The notes below the pieces were generated by a model. The model saw only the letters and a list, made by a program, of their open reading frames with translations. It ran no database searches and was not told where the DNA came from. Position numbers and translations under genes: made by a program. Shown here one piece after another: positions 62,001 to 64,000 of a DNA stretch of 64,000 nt. The stretch lies in NCBI RefSeq assembly GCF_963921235.1, contig NC_086097.1, positions 100,504,001 to 100,568,000 on the forward strand. The letters run 5' to 3'. The DNA comes from Mobula hypostoma. Lineage: Eukaryota. Positions within the stretch are counted from its first letter, which is position 1; the number at the start of each line of letters is the position of its first letter.

Positions 62001-62190
62001 TCTGGGGTTGTACACCTAATGGGTTCATTTATTTCTCACTTTTTCTGCTTAGTAGGTTTTTTTTTGTTACCACAAAATCTTTTTCAATCTTTCAGATGAT
62101 GTCTTTATTGAGACATTGCAAGTGTTGTTAATCCAATGTACTCATGTAATTTCTTTTGTATAATATAAAAATAAAAAGACTTAAAAAGAA
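59080..62190 (+). mobile_element. 5'-truncated L1-clade LINE inserted in the 47-bp array
   Basis: FIWNNKRPRI...KKDGGLALPNLRIY; ORF 61014-61622 with LIQFKIVH...CHRC zinc-finger region; A-rich tail; TSD agattactgttca(a/t)tc at 59064-59079 and 62191-62206. Confidence 0.88.
59176..60733 (+). mobile_element. CR1 LINE nested in the L1
   Basis: ORFs 59193-59813, 60062-60286, 60287-60631 (RT motifs); (TCTTATGG)n tail. Confidence 0.95.
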
Positions 62191-64000
62191 AGATTACTGT
62201 TCATTCATATCAACACGCTTTCTCCCATTCCACAGTGAGATTACTGTTCAATCATAACAACACCCTTTCTCCCATTCCACAGTGAGATTACTGTTCAATC
62301 ACACCGACAGCCTTTCTCCCATTCCACAGTGAGATTACTGTTCAATCACACCGACACCCTTTCTCCCATTCCACAGTGTGATTACTGTTCAATCACACCG
62401 ACACCCTTTCTCCCATTCCACAGTGAGATTACTGTTCAATCACAACGACACCCTTTCTCCCATTCCACAGTGAGATTACTGTTCAATCACACCGACACCC
62501 TTTCTCCCATTCCACAGTGAGATTACTGTTCAATCACATCGACACCCTTTCTCCCATTCCACAGTGAGATTACTGTTCAATCACACCGACACCCTTTCTC
62601 CCATTCCACAGTGAGATTACTGTTCAATCACACCGACACCCTTTCTCCCATTCCACAGTGAGATTACTGTTCAATCACACCGACACCCTTTCTCCCATTC
62701 CACAGTGAGATTACTGTTCAATTACACCGACACCCTTTCTCCCATTCCACAGTGAGATTACTGTTCAATCACACCGACACCCTTTCTCCCATTCCACAGT
62801 GAGATTACTGTTCAATCACACCGACACCCTTTCTCCCATTCCACAGTGAGATTACTGTTCAATCATATCAACACCCTTTCTCCCATTCCACAGTGAGATT
62901 ACTGTTCAATCACACCGACACCCTTTCTCCCATTCCACAGTGAGATTACTGTTCAATCACACCGACACCCTTTCTCCCATTCCACAGTGAGATTACTGTT
63001 CAATCACACGACACCCTTTCTCCATTCACGTGAGATTACTGTTCAATCACAACTTCCACAGTGAGATTACTGTTCAATCACACCGACACCCTTTCTCCCA
63101 TTCCACAGTGAGATTACTGTTCAATCATATCAACACCCTTTCTCCCATTCCACAGTGAGATTACTGTTCAATCACACCGACACCCTTTCTCCCATTCCAC
63201 AGTGAGATTACTGTTCAATCACACCGACACCCTTTCTCCCATTCCACAGTGAGATTACTGTTCAATCACACCGACACCCTTTCTCCCATTCCACAGTGAG
63301 ATTACTGTTCAATCACACCGACACCCTTTCTCCCATTCCACAGTGAGATTACTGTTCAATCACACCGACACCCTTCTCCCATTCCACAGTGAGATTACTG
63401 TTCAATCACACCGACACCCTTTCTCCCATTCCACAGTGAGATTACTGTTCAATCACACCGACACCCTTTCTCCCATTCCACAGTGAGATTACTGTTCAAT
63501 CACACCGACACCCTTTCTCCCATTCCACAGTGAGATTACTGTTCAATCACACCGACACCCTTTCTCCCATTCCACAGTGAGATTACTGTTCAATCACACC
63601 GACACCCTTTCTCCCATTCCACAGTGAGATTACTGTTCAATCACACCGACACCCTTTCTCCCATTCCACAGTGAGATTACTGTTCAATCACACCGACATC
63701 CTTCCTCCCATTCCACAGTGAGATTACTGTTCAAACATATCAACACCCTTTCTCCCATTCCACAGTGAGATTACTGTTCAATCACACCGACTTTACATTC
63801 TCCCATTCCACAGTGTGATTGCTGTTCAATCACACCGACACCCTTTCTCCCATTCCACAGTGAGATTACTGTTCAATCACACCGACACCCTTTCTCCCAT
63901 TCCACAGTGAGATTACTGTTCAATCACACCGACACCCCTTCTCCCATTCCACAGTGAGATTACTGTTCAATCACACCAACACCCTTTCTCCCATTCCACA
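62191..64000. repeat. 47-bp tandem array, right part (about 38 units, runs off the window)
   Basis: Highly homogeneous 47-nt period to the last base. Confidence 0.98.

Noticed and set aside
58826..64000. CRISPR-like regular repeat
   Set aside because: Head-to-tail units with no unique spacers, no cas genes, eukaryotic context

Overview
Repeat-dense eukaryotic DNA, almost certainly vertebrate. The mix of CR1, Rex1/Babar, Penelope-like and V-SINE families suggests a cartilaginous fish such as a ray (inference). No intact host protein-coding gene, RNA gene or CRISPR array is supportable. The window is a stack of nested transposable elements: two non-autonomous Ty3/Gypsy LTR elements (3619-9433 with PNMA-like Gag and a tRNA-Pro PBS; 9681-14765), many CR1, Rex1/Babar, L1/Tx1 and RTE LINE pieces, Penelope-like elements with minimal hammerhead ribozymes, tRNA-derived SINEs, a Tigger/pogo derivative, Tc1-like mini-MITEs, a 19-bp minisatellite and a 47-bp tandem array. 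Most notable is the second LTR element, whose gag-pol core is largely replaced by an uninterrupted fragment of the host splicing-factor gene RBM25, consistent with LTR-mediated mRNA capture. Also notable: a minisatellite born inside a SINE, a composite transposon built from two mini-MITEs, inverted Penelope insertions with a hammerhead in each arm, and a Tigger element that resembles mammalian Tigger4/MER2 from memory. Boundaries of old fragments are approximate; family names come from recalled motifs, not database searches.
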